This document shows positions 12,148 to 24,548 of a stretch of 64,000 nucleotides of DNA, piece after piece. The stretch's first letter is position 1, and every line of letters begins with the position of its first letter. Where the stretch lies: the NCBI GenBank assembly GCA_010093815.1, contig ML996571.1; one strand, given 5' to 3'. The position numbers and the translations under genes are program-made. The DNA is from Pseudovirgaria hyperparasitica. Lineage: Eukaryota. Under the pieces are notes generated by a model. The model worked only from the letters and a program-made list of their open reading frames with translations. It made no database searches and had not been told where the DNA came from.

Positions 12148-13631
12148 ATGGCTGCAACTGCGATCAAGAACCACCTCCCGTCTGCCCTCCTCCCACATCA
12201 TCGCGAGTCTTCACCACCCAAAGACGACCCAAAACCCCTTCAGAAACAGTCCACACAGGAGATACACGAGGAGCGGGAGCAAGAGAAGCGGCTTGTATCA
12301 CAATGGGAAGACCACAAGCTGGCACTGAGTCCTTCTCAAGTCTCCCAGGCTCCGTCGCAGAAGCAGGTCGGCCAATCGCAAAGACACCTGCGCTGTGAGG
12401 ACTTTGACTTGGTCAAGACGCTCGGGACAGGTACGGTGTTGTCGCGAACTGCCTCCCCAGGCGATCGGACCACCTAACGTACTGCTAGGAACATTTGCCC
12501 GAGTATGGCTTGCACGGCTTGCGAATGCGAAGAGAGAAGATCGCGACAAAGTGTTTGCGCTCAAGATTCTACGGAAAGTGGATGGTATGGCTGTCCTAAC
12601 CACTACATGCACTTATCCGAGGCCTTGCAGTTGCTGACATGTGCAGTAATCCGCCTCAAACAGGTCGAACATGTGCGCAATGAGCGCAATGTACTTGCTG
12701 TGGTTGCTGGCCATCCGTTCATAACGACCATGGTCGCAAGTTTTCAAGACCAAGACTCCCTATACATACTTGTGCGTTATCCGACACGTTGCGGATAAGG
12801 ACGAGAGTGCCAAGACTGACAATTATAGCTCGATTATTGCCCTGGAGGCGAGGTTTTCAGTTATCTTCGACGAGCTCGGCGTTTTAATGAGCATACTTCA
12901 CAATTTTACGCGGCCGAGATTGTATTAGTCCTAGAGTTCCTGCACGAGCACGAAGGTGTAGCATATCGCGATCTCAAGCCGGAGAATATCCTGATAGACG
13001 CCGAAGGCCACCTCAAACTGGTCGATTTCGGATTTGCAAAGAAGGTCGATGACAGTACGTTATGCACACTCAGTGATTATTCCATGATAGATTTCTGCGA
13101 CTTTGCATCAAACATTTCACCCTGCTGACACGAGTCCCAGGAGAAACATACACGCTTTGCGGGACCCCTGAATACCTCGCCCCTGAAGTAATCCGCAACA
13201 CCGGCCACGGCTGCGCCGTCGACTGGTGGGCCTTTGGCATCCTCGTCTATGAATTCCTTGTCGGCCAGCCGCCCTTCTGGGATCAGAACCCGATGAAGAT
13301 CTACGAGCAAATCGTCGCCGGCCACGTGCGCTACCCATCCGCCATGTCTCCCGACGCACGCTCGCTGATCGCCGGCCTCTGCACCGTCGACGTCTCGAAG
13401 CGCCTCGGAAATATCAAGGGCGGCGCCAAGACCGTAAAGCAACATCCCTGGTTTAAGGGCACCGATTGGGATGCCCTCTATCATCGTCGCGTTCAGGGCC
13501 CTATTGTACCACATCTCAGAGGTCCTGCTGATACGAGAAATTTTGACGAGTATGACCCCGAGCCTGAGGGTCGGGAACCTTATACCGAGGAGCTGAGACA
13601 GCGGTGGGACGCCTCGTTTGCGGACTTCTGA
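12148..13631 (+). CDS. cAMP-dependent protein kinase catalytic subunit, secondary (PkaB/PKAC2/PRKX-like) type; introns 12431-12488, 12585-12646, 12772-12828, 13055-13140
   Basis: [49 protein letters not shown] and a terminal FADF* (FxxF) motif. Confidence 0.93.
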
Positions 13632-14087
13632 TGGGCTTTTATCATACGTTTTTTGAGGCTCAAATGTTTTCACCAACATTTTTCCTTGGCTCGATTTGAA
13701 GCTGGGGCATCAGGCATTCCTCCCTTTGGTTCGATGGGACACATTCTCCAAGAAAGGGGGCTCTCTTTTTTGTTTTGGCACAGCGTAGTCAGTGAATGCA
13801 TGACAACGCTCATAGTTTTGTTTGTTTTGTTCCGATAATGGTCTCTGTGGCATGTAAAGGGCAAAGGGTTGGTTCATATCACGAGTTTGAGAACTGAACT
13901 GAATGCACATCGCGGATGGGGGGCATGTGTGGCTGTATGACCAGAATACGAATGGCATCACGGGACGAACCCGCCCTCTTGTTCTTGTTCCAAAAAGAAA
14001 AGATGATATGCTTTCTAATATGCTTTTTACTTGCCGTTCGATTCCATTCCCCCCAAAGTTTCAATCATTTCCAATCCATTCCAGCCA

Positions 14088-15619
14088 TCAGCCCGCACGT
14101 GTCCACTCCTTATTAAACGCCCGCCCAATCACCATCCGCCGCACCTCACTCGTGCCAGCACCAATCTCATACAGCTTCGCGTCGCGCAAGATACGCCCGG
14201 CGGGGACCTCATTCATATAGCCCATCCCGCCCATAAGCTGGATAGCATCAAGCGCCACCTCCGTCGCGCGCTCCGCCGAATACAAGATTGCGCCTGCGCA
14301 GTCCTGCGTGCGGACCTCTCCATCCCCACCAGCCGCCGCACTCTTGTCCACGGCCGCGGCAACACTCATTGTGAACGCCTGGCTGGCGCGATACTTGGTG
14401 TACATGTCCGCGAGACGGGCCTGGACGAGCTGGTTATGGGCGACGGGGATGCCGAACTGGATGCGCTGGTGGGTGTAGGGGAGGACGAGGTCGAGGGCGG
14501 CTTGCATGAGGCCGAGGGGCCCGGCGGAGAGGACGAGGCGTTCGAGGTCGAGGCCGTGCATGAGGACTTTGACGCCTTTGTTGAGGGGCCCGAGGGTGTC
14601 GGAGGTGGGGACGAAGACGTTGTCGAGGATGAGCTCGCCCGTGTTGGAGCCGCGCATGCCGAGCTTGTCGAGCTTGGTGGCGACGGAGAAGCCGGGTGTG
14701 GAGGTGTTGAGGATGAAGGCTGTGATGCCGTTTTTGCCGGCTTCGGGGGTGGTTTTGGCGTAGATTATTATGTGGTGTGCGTCGGGGCCCTGGGAGGTGG
14801 AAAAGGGGGTTAGTTGGGGTTGGGGATAGATAGGGGGAGAGGGGGGGGAGGTACGTTTGTGATCCACATCTTTGTGCCGTTGAGGAGGTAGCCGCCGTCG
14901 ACTGCCTTTGCTGTGGTCTTCATGCTGACGACGTCGGAGCCGGCGGAGTGTTCGGACATGGCCAGCGCGCCGATCTTCTCGCCGGATATGAGGCCGGGCA
15001 GGTATTTCTCTTTCTGGGCTTGCGAGCCGTTGAGGACGAGCTGGTTTATGCATAATTGCGAGTGTGCGGCGTAGGAGAGGGCGATGCTACCTGGAGAGCA
15101 AGTCTGTTAGAAGGAGTGCGATGGTATTAGTCAATGGCCATACCTGATGCTCGCGATAGCTCTTCCATGACGATGCAGTGTGCCTGGTACCCCATTGCTA
15201 GCCCTCCATAGTCTGCGTCGGCAGTGATTCCGAGAAATCTGCATTTCTTGTCAGGGACTCCTTCAACATAACAGCTGATTCAGCGGTATGGGATGCCCAC
15301 CCTGCATCTCCAAACTTCTTCCACATCTCGTTGGGAAACTCATTGGTCTGATCGACTTTCTGGGCGAATTCGGGGGTGATCTCGCGCCCTGGAGGATTAG
15401 GTCAGTACAGGTACGACACAGGCCGGATTACTACTTACTACAGAACTCCTGAACAGACTCTCGCAGCTCGATCAAGTCGTCGTTGCTCGGCGCGACGAAA
15501 CCCTTGGAATGCTTCGACGAGGCCGCTCTCCGCGCATTCAGCGGGGTCAGACTGGCTCGCGGCTTGCAGATCTGGCGAAGATTGCGCGAGAGCAAGCGCG
15601 GAACAAAGGACGACGACAT
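14088..15619 (-). CDS. ivdA: Isovaleryl-CoA dehydrogenase, mitochondrial; introns 15389-15438, 15239-15300, 15091-15143, 14790-14854
   Basis: Arg/Ser-rich presequence; [69 protein letters not shown]. Confidence 0.95.
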
Positions 15620-15936
15620 CGCGAGAGGACCTGAAGTGAATTACAAGAAAAAGATGAGGATGTTGAGCCGCTTGCCAGGAGACAGCGGGTTAAGAAGCGC
15701 GGAAACATAACACACGACAGGACCGACGTCAACCGGGACCCGCACCTTGACTAGCGCTTCCCCACATTTTCCCCAGCTCGGGGGCTGAGCCGACGGTAGC
15801 CGCGATGTTTGGACCCTGGCGCGGGTACAACGTAACTAACGTCTTGTCACTTTGACTTGTGTCTTGACTTCGTCTCGTTAAATGCTCACACTTCGCCCAA
15901 GCTAATACTCTTGCAATCAATCTACACGTCTCTGCA
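15620..15936. promoter_or_regulatory. Probable bidirectional promoter between ivdA and mccB (317 bp)
   Basis: Head-to-head start codons at 15619 (-) and 15937 (+). Contains an inverted CGG triplet pair CGGTAGCCG at about 15794-15802. Confidence 0.7.
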
Positions 15937-17747
15937 ATGGTTGCCAAAGCTCCGTCCAAGGAGGTGCTGAGCCTCCTCCGCCGCTCTACAATCTCGTCGC
16001 CGTCGAGACGCGCGCTATGCCCTCACATCACTACCCCCGTTGGTCCCCGCATACAAGTAGCATCAGTTGCTCGCCGCACCGTTGCTACGCATACGTACTC
16101 GCACCATGCCCACGCCATATCGACCCTACCCAACACGGTAGACACCTCGTCGGCCGAGTTCAAGGAAAACAAGGCAACAATGGAGGAATTGACAGCCAAC
16201 CTAGCCGACTTGCACGCCAAGGTCGCGCAGGGCGGCTCTGCAAAAGCACGAGAGAAGCACGTCGCGCGAGGCAAGATGCTGCCCAGAGATCGAGTCACGG
16301 TGCTGATCGATCCGGGGACGTCGTTTCTGGAGCTCTCGGCCATGGCGGGCCATGAGCTGTATCCGGGCGAGGAGGTGCCGTCGGGCGGCATCATCACGGG
16401 CATCGGCACGGTCGAGGGCGTGATGTGCATGATTGTAGCCAACGACAGCACCGTCAAGGGCGGCACGTACTACCCCATCACCGTCAAGAAACATCTCCGC
16501 GCCCAGACCATCGCGCAGGAGAACCGCCTGCCGTGTATCTATCTCGTCGACTCGGGCGGCGCAAACCTGCCTCACCAGGCCGACGTCTTCCCAGACAAGG
16601 AGCACTTTGGCCGCATCTTCTACAACCAGGCCCGCAGTACGTACTTGCTGAGATCTTGTTCCATCATACACGCTCTAACCACCCAACAGTGTCCGCCCAA
16701 GGCATCCCCCAAATCTCCATCGTCATGGGCCCCTGCACCGCCGGCGGCGCCTACGTGCCCAGCATGTCGGACGAATCCATCATCGTCGCCAACCAAGGCC
16801 ACATCTTCCTCGCCGGACCGCCCCTCGTCAAAGCCGCAACCGGCGAAATCATCTCCGCCGAAGACCTCGGCGGCGGCGCCCTACACACCAGCACCTCCGG
16901 CGTAGCAGACTACCTCGCCGTCGACGACGCCCACGCCCTCGTCCTCGCCCGCCGCTCCATCAGCAACCTCAACTGGCCCAAACCCATCCCATCCCCACCC
17001 ACCCCGCAAGACCCCCTCTACCCACCCTCCGACCTCGCCGGCATAGTCGGCACCAACCCACGCCGCCAAATCGCCATGCACGACGTCATATCCCGCATCG
17101 TCGACCGCTCCGCCCTCGCCGAATTCAAGCCCTCCTACGGCTCCACCCTCATCACCGGCTTCGCCTCCATCCACGCCCACAAAGTCGGCATCCTCGCGAA
17201 CAACGGCATCCTCTTCTCCGAAGCCAGCCTCAAGGCAACCCACTTCATCCAGCTCTGCACCGCCCGCAACATCCCCCTCGTCTTCCTGCAGAACATCTCC
17301 GGCTTCATGGTCGGTGCGGCCGCGGAGGCGGGCGGCATTGCGAAGAACGGCGCGAAGCTCGTCACGGCGGTCGCCTGTGCGGATGTGCCTAAATTCACGG
17401 TTGTGGTGGGGAGTAGTGCCGGTGCGGGCAACTACGGGATGTGTGGACGGGCGTACGGGCCGCGCTTCCTGTGGACGTGGCCGAATGCGCGGACGGGCGT
17501 GATGGGCGCGGAGCAGTTGGGTAGTGTGATGCGGGCGGTTGGGAAGGGTGGGGAGGAGGTGCGGGGGTTGGAGGAGAGGGTGGAGAGGGAGAGTAGGGCG
17601 TTGTTTGGGAGTGCGAGGGGTTGGGATGATGGGGTTATTCCGCCGGAGCATACGAGGAGGGTTTTGGGCATGGGGCTGCAGGCTGCGTGTGGGGTTGTTG
17701 GGCAGAGGGATGGTGAGGATACGCGGTTTGGGGTGTTTAGGATGTAG
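15937..17747 (+). CDS. mccB: 3-methylcrotonyl-CoA carboxylase beta (carboxyltransferase) subunit; intron 16637-16689
   Basis: [74 protein letters not shown] and terminal FGVFRM. Confidence 0.96.
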
Positions 17748-17869
17748 GATGTAGGAGAAAGGGGGTTCAAAGGGGGGGAGGTGGATGGATGGATGGAATG
17801 GATAAAAAGGAAAGGACTGATGTTGTTCTATTCCCGTGCCGGTTGGTATCACGTCTGTTCTGCTATGCA

Positions 17870-17900
17870 CTGCTCTGCTCTGCTCTGCTCTGCTCTCTGC
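17870..17900. repeat. (CTGCT)n pentanucleotide microsatellite
   Basis: ctgctctgctctgctctgctctgctctctgc. Confidence 0.8.
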
Positions 17901-18111
17901 TGTCCTGCCTGTCCTTGTCGTGTCCCGTACCGTCCATGTACCCATCGATTACAAATATATCCCATCCCAGCCGTGCAGGAAACACACGCACGCAAGTCAC
18001 GCCTCCAACGCCCTGCAATGACAATGACAATGAGAACAATACAAGCATAATCCCATTAACCCCAGTCCGCCGTCTCGACACACATCGACATGCCCACCAG
18101 AAGACCCACAC

Positions 18112-20233
18112 TCAACTCGCGCTCGAATCGCCCTTATCATGCCCAGTCTCATGCCCAGTCGTGGTCGTGGTGCTACTGCTCTCAGCGCCCTCCTCGACCA
18201 GCTTCTTGAGCGCGCTGCTCTTCTTATCCCTGCCCATGCCGGCCTTGCCTTTGCCCTTGAAGCTGTCCGACTGCGCGGCAAAGTCCTTCCATTTGCGCCA
18301 GCCGTCAAAGTCGATGAGAGCCTGCATGCAGCCCCACTCCTTGATCTTCTGCTCGAGCCAGAGGAAGTTGACGGGCTGTAGGTTTATGTTAGCTTGGCTC
18401 TACAGAGGAGGGAGAAAGAACGGAGGGAGGCAAGAAAGGGTAGTGGTTTACTTTGGTCAGGAAATCGTTGCAGCCGGCGGCCAGGGCCTCGTGTCGATCA
18501 CTCTGCAACGAGCTGGCCGTCAGCGCGACGATGATGACAGGACTCTTGAAGAGACCGCCGTCGCCCAATCGGTCTGCCTCGACGAGCTCGCCCCTCTCGC
18601 CCTCGGGCCCCATCGTCGGCGCTACGCTGCTCGCGCTGCTGAACACGCCTATGCTATTCACGCGCTCCAGCCGCCGAATCTCCTTTGTCGCTTCCAGGCC
18701 ATTCATGATCGGCAATTGGATGTCCATGAGCACGAGATGGAAGCCACCGGCACGCCATTTGGTGACTGCCTCCCGCCCGTTCATGGCGCGCTGCCAGCGT
18801 ACTTTCAGGCGCTCCATGAACGCGCCCAGAACTCGCAAATTGATCATGTTGTCTTCCACAATCAGCACGTTGATGGGCGGGACGGCATTGTCGAGGAGGC
18901 CGGAGCTCAGCGAGTGGGAGCCGTCGACGCCATCTTTGCCTGCCTTTGTACGCTTGCGGCCTTTCATGCCGGGCCTGGGCGACGAAACTCGTGGAATGGG
19001 AGGTGTGGACGCAGCGGGCTTGACGGGCTCGACAGGTGCGGGCGGCGTGGGAAGGGGTTGGGCTGTCGCAGGGGCAGCGTGTTGCATGGCATCGGAGTGG
19101 GAAGAGTCGTGGCGTTGGCCGCGAGGGCGGATTGAGCTGTTGCTGATTGCGTTTGCGGCCATAGTTGTAGGTGAAGAGGTGTGATGGCGGCCAATCTTGG
19201 GACGGTGGGAGTGGGTTCTCTTGCGCTCGCCCCCTGGTGATGGGAGAGGGGGAAGATAGCCAGTGCCTAGGACTGTCATGGATCGTTCAGGGTGCGAGGA
19301 CCTGCTCTCGTGGGAGACAGTGGATCCGCCTGCTGGCGATGGTATGAGCACTGGAGGCATAGGCGGAAAGTATTCTCCTCCATTCTCCAGCGGACGTGCC
19401 GTCTCTTGGTCATAGTATCCGTGATGCGACGCTACTCGCGGCGACGGCTTTGGGGTTCTTTTGTGGGGCACATCGATTATCAGCGCCTCTTCGACAGTCT
19501 GGCCGCCTGGAAACGTCGCATCCAGCACTCTGCATATCTCTTCCTCCGGACCCAGAGTTCTATCCTGTGACTTCTGATTGTGTTCTCGTGGCAGGATGCG
19601 CAGAGTGACGTCTGGTGAATCGAAGCTTCTACCCAGCGAGTTGGCATACTTTCTCAATATCATGTCCCGCACGTCATCGACCAGGTCATCAGTCTTGATC
19701 TGCACCAGTGTTGCTGAGGCATGGGGCCGCTTAACCCATATCTTGCGATGCGTCGGGGTCATGGCGGTTGGGACGGACGGCGAGGGCTCTTGTAGCGTGA
19801 CGACTGGAGTGATCTCACGAGTCTCAGACGTGACGTTGGACTCGCTGGAGAGTTGCAAGTCGCTAACAGGAGTGCTATCGTCGTGGTGACGGGCGTGCAG
19901 GTCTGTTGAGCTCAAGCTCCCAGGAGCGCTCGGCGGGAGGAGGATCTGGCTGTCGACAACGGTCTCGGCAGAGGGATGTCGCAGCTCATGCTCAAGCAGA
20001 AGCGAGACGGCAGGCTTCTGCTTGTCGAGATTGGAGTGGCTGGAGTCGCTGGCCGAGTCTCCTGTCGGCCTTGTTGTGATGGCAGAAGAGAGCTTTCCCA
20101 TGGAGGCTGAAGGCCGAAGTTGAGGCAGGATGGCGGCGGCCTTAGGCAGCTTGCTTTCCGCCGCCGGGGCCACAGACGAGCGCCTCAGTAGGCGGATCCT
20201 CGCGTTGTGGAAGCGCGTCTTGAAATCAGGCAT
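18112..20233 (-). CDS. SSK1: Two-component response regulator of the HOG pathway; intron 18376-18451
   Basis: RKIWVKRPHASATLV..LVDDVRDMILRKYANSLGRSFDSPD domain; receiver domain INVLIVEDN..FHLVLMDIQLP..IVALTASS..GCNDFLTKP; last exon EWGCMQALIDFDGWRKW. Confidence 0.95.
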
Positions 20234-20963
20234 GCTCCATTGATGAATGACAAAGGAAGCGTAAAAGCCGGAAATGAGATGAGATGAGATGCAGGAATGA
20301 AGAGGGAGAGATAGAGTTGTAGAGTAGTGTGTGTGTGTGTGTGGCGGCCAGCAGCAACAGCAGCAGCAATAGCAAGCATCAACAGCTAATACACTGCTAT
20401 TACAGGTTTATTACTATCACTATTACATGGATACACTTCACTCTGCCAACCTTCTCCTACACAGTCACAGTAACTTAATTACAGGGAATCGGCTCCCACA
20501 ATCGTCGATCCACCCACAACTCAATCGTGCATCTCCATCTTCCCACATCACCGTCTCCATAACAAGACCGACTTATCCCACTTGGCACTCTTCCCGGACA
20601 TCTACTGTCCAATCGGATTTCTTCCACGCCCGCATCTTCTCCTCCATCTCCATCTCGCCATCGTGAAATGCTCTGACCATCGGTGGTACTCGTTGACGCG
20701 ACGCGGCCCGTGTTTCTGTCTGACTAATCACGCTATGTGAACTTAATACACTACAATTGTTGTCTATATCGAGCGGTATACTACATACTCTATCATAAGA
20801 TTCAGTTTACTTGTTCGCAAGCTGTCACTGCTAATTATCTTATAGTCTGACGGCTTCATAGACATTGCCACTAACAATACTACTACCAGCGCCACGTCTA
20901 AGCATACATCGATGTTCGGGGAGATATCCTCAGTACTAAGCGCTCCCTCCTATAGGTCCAACT

Positions 20964-23409
20964 TCACAACCCAATATCTGCATCTACATCTACATCAAAC
21001 CCGTTCCACGTCTCCGTCTGAAAGTCTTGCACTAAATGCTCCCACTCACCCCAATTCAACGGCGTCGTCGCCGGTCCAGACGACATATCCATATATCCTC
21101 CAGCATCACCACTACCACCAAATGATGGCGTGCTAATCGCCGCCGCATCGAGCCCAGTAAACACATCTGACGGTGTTGTCTCTATTGTGGCTGGTGTCTG
21201 CATGGTGGCTGGCGTTTGATAGAAATTGTTGCCGAGCTCGATCGATGTGTGCTGCTGCGCCATGTACGCGCTCGACGGATACTGCTCTGTAGTAGTCGAG
21301 CCAAAGAAGTCTGGATATGCTTCGACATGCGTCTCCGTAGCTACCTTTGACGGTGACTCTGCGCTCTTCGCCCTCGCTGCGTGTCGTCGTTGTGATCTCA
21401 AGTCGAGAATGTATCGTGGCGGGCCGTTACCACTTCCCACTATGGTATACGCATCACGCCCGTTTGCTGCTTCAAAGGCCGCCCATGCCTGCAATGTCAG
21501 ACCGCCCACTGCAACATGCAGCGCCCGTTTTGTCTGTGCGATTATCTCGGGATGCAGACTGTATGACACTCCAATCGCCCTCCATGCCTTGTTGACATCT
21601 TCGCCGCTTGTTCGTTGTCGCAACTCGCCGAGCAGGTAGATGAACGGCTGCCATTGGAATTGTCGCACCACATGCCACCGGAACCTCTCAATGATCGGTG
21701 ATTGCTGAATCAGCGTGTCATATTCCACAATCTGGATCGCAATAAGAAATTGCGTCTCCTCGCTCAGGCCTGCGCCGCGTGGCGACTCTTGCGGCCCTTC
21801 ACCGTTCTGCCCGAGGCGGTGCGCACGAAGAAAGGTCATAAACCGCATCTTTGCCATGACCGAACGCACAACAGCAAACGCGAGGAAATGCACCGGAACT
21901 GACATGTCGGCATGGCGAAGGTACTTCCGCTCAAACATATCCTCGAGTTCATCAATCGAAAGCTGCTTCTCCTCTTTCGACACATTCGCTGACATGAGAC
22001 TGACCCACGCACCATGGTATGCCGATGCAGGCGTCCGTTTCCTCAGCCAGTCGCCAATCTCATACCGCACGCGAGGAAATATCATCTCAGTCGGTCCCAC
22101 GCTTTCAAGAGGCGGCTCTTGCATGTTCGGATTCAACGCAGTGTCTTCGATGTTGAGCGGCATGAGCGTGTCCCAGAGCAGAGTCGCCCCTCCACAGCCT
22201 GCCATTTCGCCTGCGCGCGCATCTTGTATCACCATCTCCCACCAAAGCCTTCGACGCAGTTCAGTCTGGAAAATGGAGAGTCCGAGCTTGCTTCCATCAC
22301 GATGCAGTCCCATCCTCTGCCCGATGCGAACGGCTATGCCCGTCAATGCCCAGAAAGATTTGGGATCCCATTGGCCGTGCATCGCAAACTATGCCAGCTC
22401 GTCAGCCTCGTCATGCGCCATCGTATCTGCATCATGAAGCCATACTTACTAAGAAGATTTGGAACGCTTGCAGCGTCACGAGTTCCGAGGTCCGCAAAAG
22501 GCCTGCATTGGCCAAAGCCTGCTGCACTGCGAACCGATATCTCGTCTGAAGTACTGATTTAGGCTCGCCGGTCATATACTCGCACTCTTCATTCGACAAT
22601 GACACGATAGCAGCAAAGTATACCACAAACATCAGTGCCTCTGTACTTTTCGTTAGATTGATCAGGTTAGACGTAGCTTCTAGGATAGTTTGTTGAGCGG
22701 TAGGCACATGAAGGACCTTGACCATAGGATTCACGTTTTCTAAGAATTTCTGCCATAGCTGAAATATCACCACCGGCGACGGATGCAATGCCGTCAAGCT
22801 GATCGCTTGTCGTCGATGCCGTAATAACCAGTCTGATGCGTCGGGCGAAACACTTCCAGGTGTATCAAAAGGCAGATCATCGCTCTCCGACTCCGTTGAT
22901 TCTTCGAGAATCTCCTTTGAGTACTCCTGACCTACATCTGCGTACAGCTGATTGGCGAGATATCGAGTATTGTCTTTGTCCCCAATCACCATACCGTACT
23001 CCAGACCAGGAGAATCCAAGTCCGTATCGGGTGTTTTCTCGCCCGCCAAAGTGACATTTCCCAGGCGTGCGGTCGCAGTGCCCGAGTCTCCCTGTTCGGA
23101 GCTTTGCTGCTCATCGCCATCAAGACGCACCCCAAGTCTCGTCAATAGCTCTTCATACCGTTTCAGCTTCAACACCAGGTCTGTCTCCGGCGGCTTCTCG
23201 CCTCTTTTCCGGCGGCGCGGCGGTGCAGGCGCTATATATACGCATTCAACCCGAGCCTTTGTACAATTCGTGCAGCCACCTACGAGACGATCGCAACGGA
23301 CCTTGCGCCGCGAGCAGAGCACGCACGCGTACGGCTTCACAGACGTTGGCCCCGAAGGCCTCCTGCCATCATCTGTCGGGGCAGCCGTCTGTCGATCCCG
23401 TGCTGACAT
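20964..23409 (-). CDS. Zn(II)2Cys6 transcription factor with fungal-specific TF domain; intron 22389-22449
   Basis: CVLCSRRKVRCDRLVGGCTNCTKARVEC zinc cluster; AVRIGQRMGLHRDG..ELRRRLWW middle-homology region. Confidence 0.93.
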
Positions 23410-23715
23410 CTCGAGGATATAGATACGTCTTAATCCACTGTGTGGAAGGTCTGAATAGAGAGGCTCCTGTCAAGCACATGCAGATTGCAGAGAGCGCATG
23501 GCGGTTTGAGAGTCCGCTGGTCCGGTTCGGTGCTAGACACCTAGATTGAAACCTTCTGCTAGGGCTTGAGAGCTGATTGTAGCCAGCTACATGGTTACGA
23601 CGGCGATACGAGGGCGGTAGAGAGCATAGTCATCGCTCTAGCGTGCCCAGCTGTGTATAAGCCGCTCGCTAATCGTAGATACCGTAGCATACTAGGTGAA
23701 GGATTCGACCGTTTG

Positions 23716-23982
23716 ATGAGGGGCCATTGTTGGTCCGTTGGTTGGTGTTGGCTCCTAATTTGGTGCTTGTGCGCCTTGATCCATGGATCTGGATCCACGT
23801 GTCCGTATCAGGTAAAGGCAAGGCGTGGCCGGACGCACAGTCGGGTCAGGGTAGAAGAAACTGCTAATATTTAGCCTAATCTTTGCAACAGACATGCATA
23901 TTGCGATGATGCACGACATGCGAATATGTGCAAGTACATGTTTGAAACATGTGTATGCACGTACTTCCGAGGTGCTGACTGA
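23716..23982 (+). CDS. Candidate spliced 67-aa Cys-rich peptide (exons 23716-23811, 23875-23982)
   Basis: Canonical-looking intron GTAAAG..GCTAAT..TAG (23812-23874). Product MRGHCWSVGWCWLLIWCLCALIHGSGSTCPYQPNLCNRHAYCDDARHANMCKYMFETCVCTYFRGAD; TATAA about 60 nt upstream. No homology support. Confidence 0.35.
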
Positions 23983-24548
23983 CGATTCGTACAAAGGACA
24001 AATTTGCCATGCTACATCTAATCCCAATACCTCCTCCTGTAAGGCATCTCGGATCTATCATCATCTCTACGCCAGAACGATCTAACAAAGGACACTAAGC
24101 ATGGCTGCCAATTGAAGATGATATATCAAACTCTTTAGATGGCCATCACATGCACTACTACCTTACAGACGATCACTCCTCGATGACCATGACCAAGTTG
24201 ACATTGCTCAGGCACGAGGATGCACATGTACAGACATGACTGTGCTATGTTGACAGTTTATTCTGATTTCATATTCCCCATCGATTCCTCGCCCCGCGAG
24301 AAATAGCCCTCACAGTGTACGAGGCAGGCATGTCGACAGTGTCAGCAACCGTTATGAAATACCTAGGTGTATTGATGCCATGGCGGCGAAAAGGGGTATA
24401 GTGTAACTAAATGAAGTTCTAGAGTACAAATCAAAGAAAACGAAAACTAAAAGTCACCCATACGAACAGACAGGGTCAACCGCGACAAGCACATCGTTGT
24501 CACATGCCATCAATTCATCAAAGATCATCTCCAACGAGCCAGTCTCCC

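Noticed and set aside
17789..19135. 448-aa plus-strand ORF
   Set aside because: Antisense shadow of SSK1 plus microsatellite-derived sequence.
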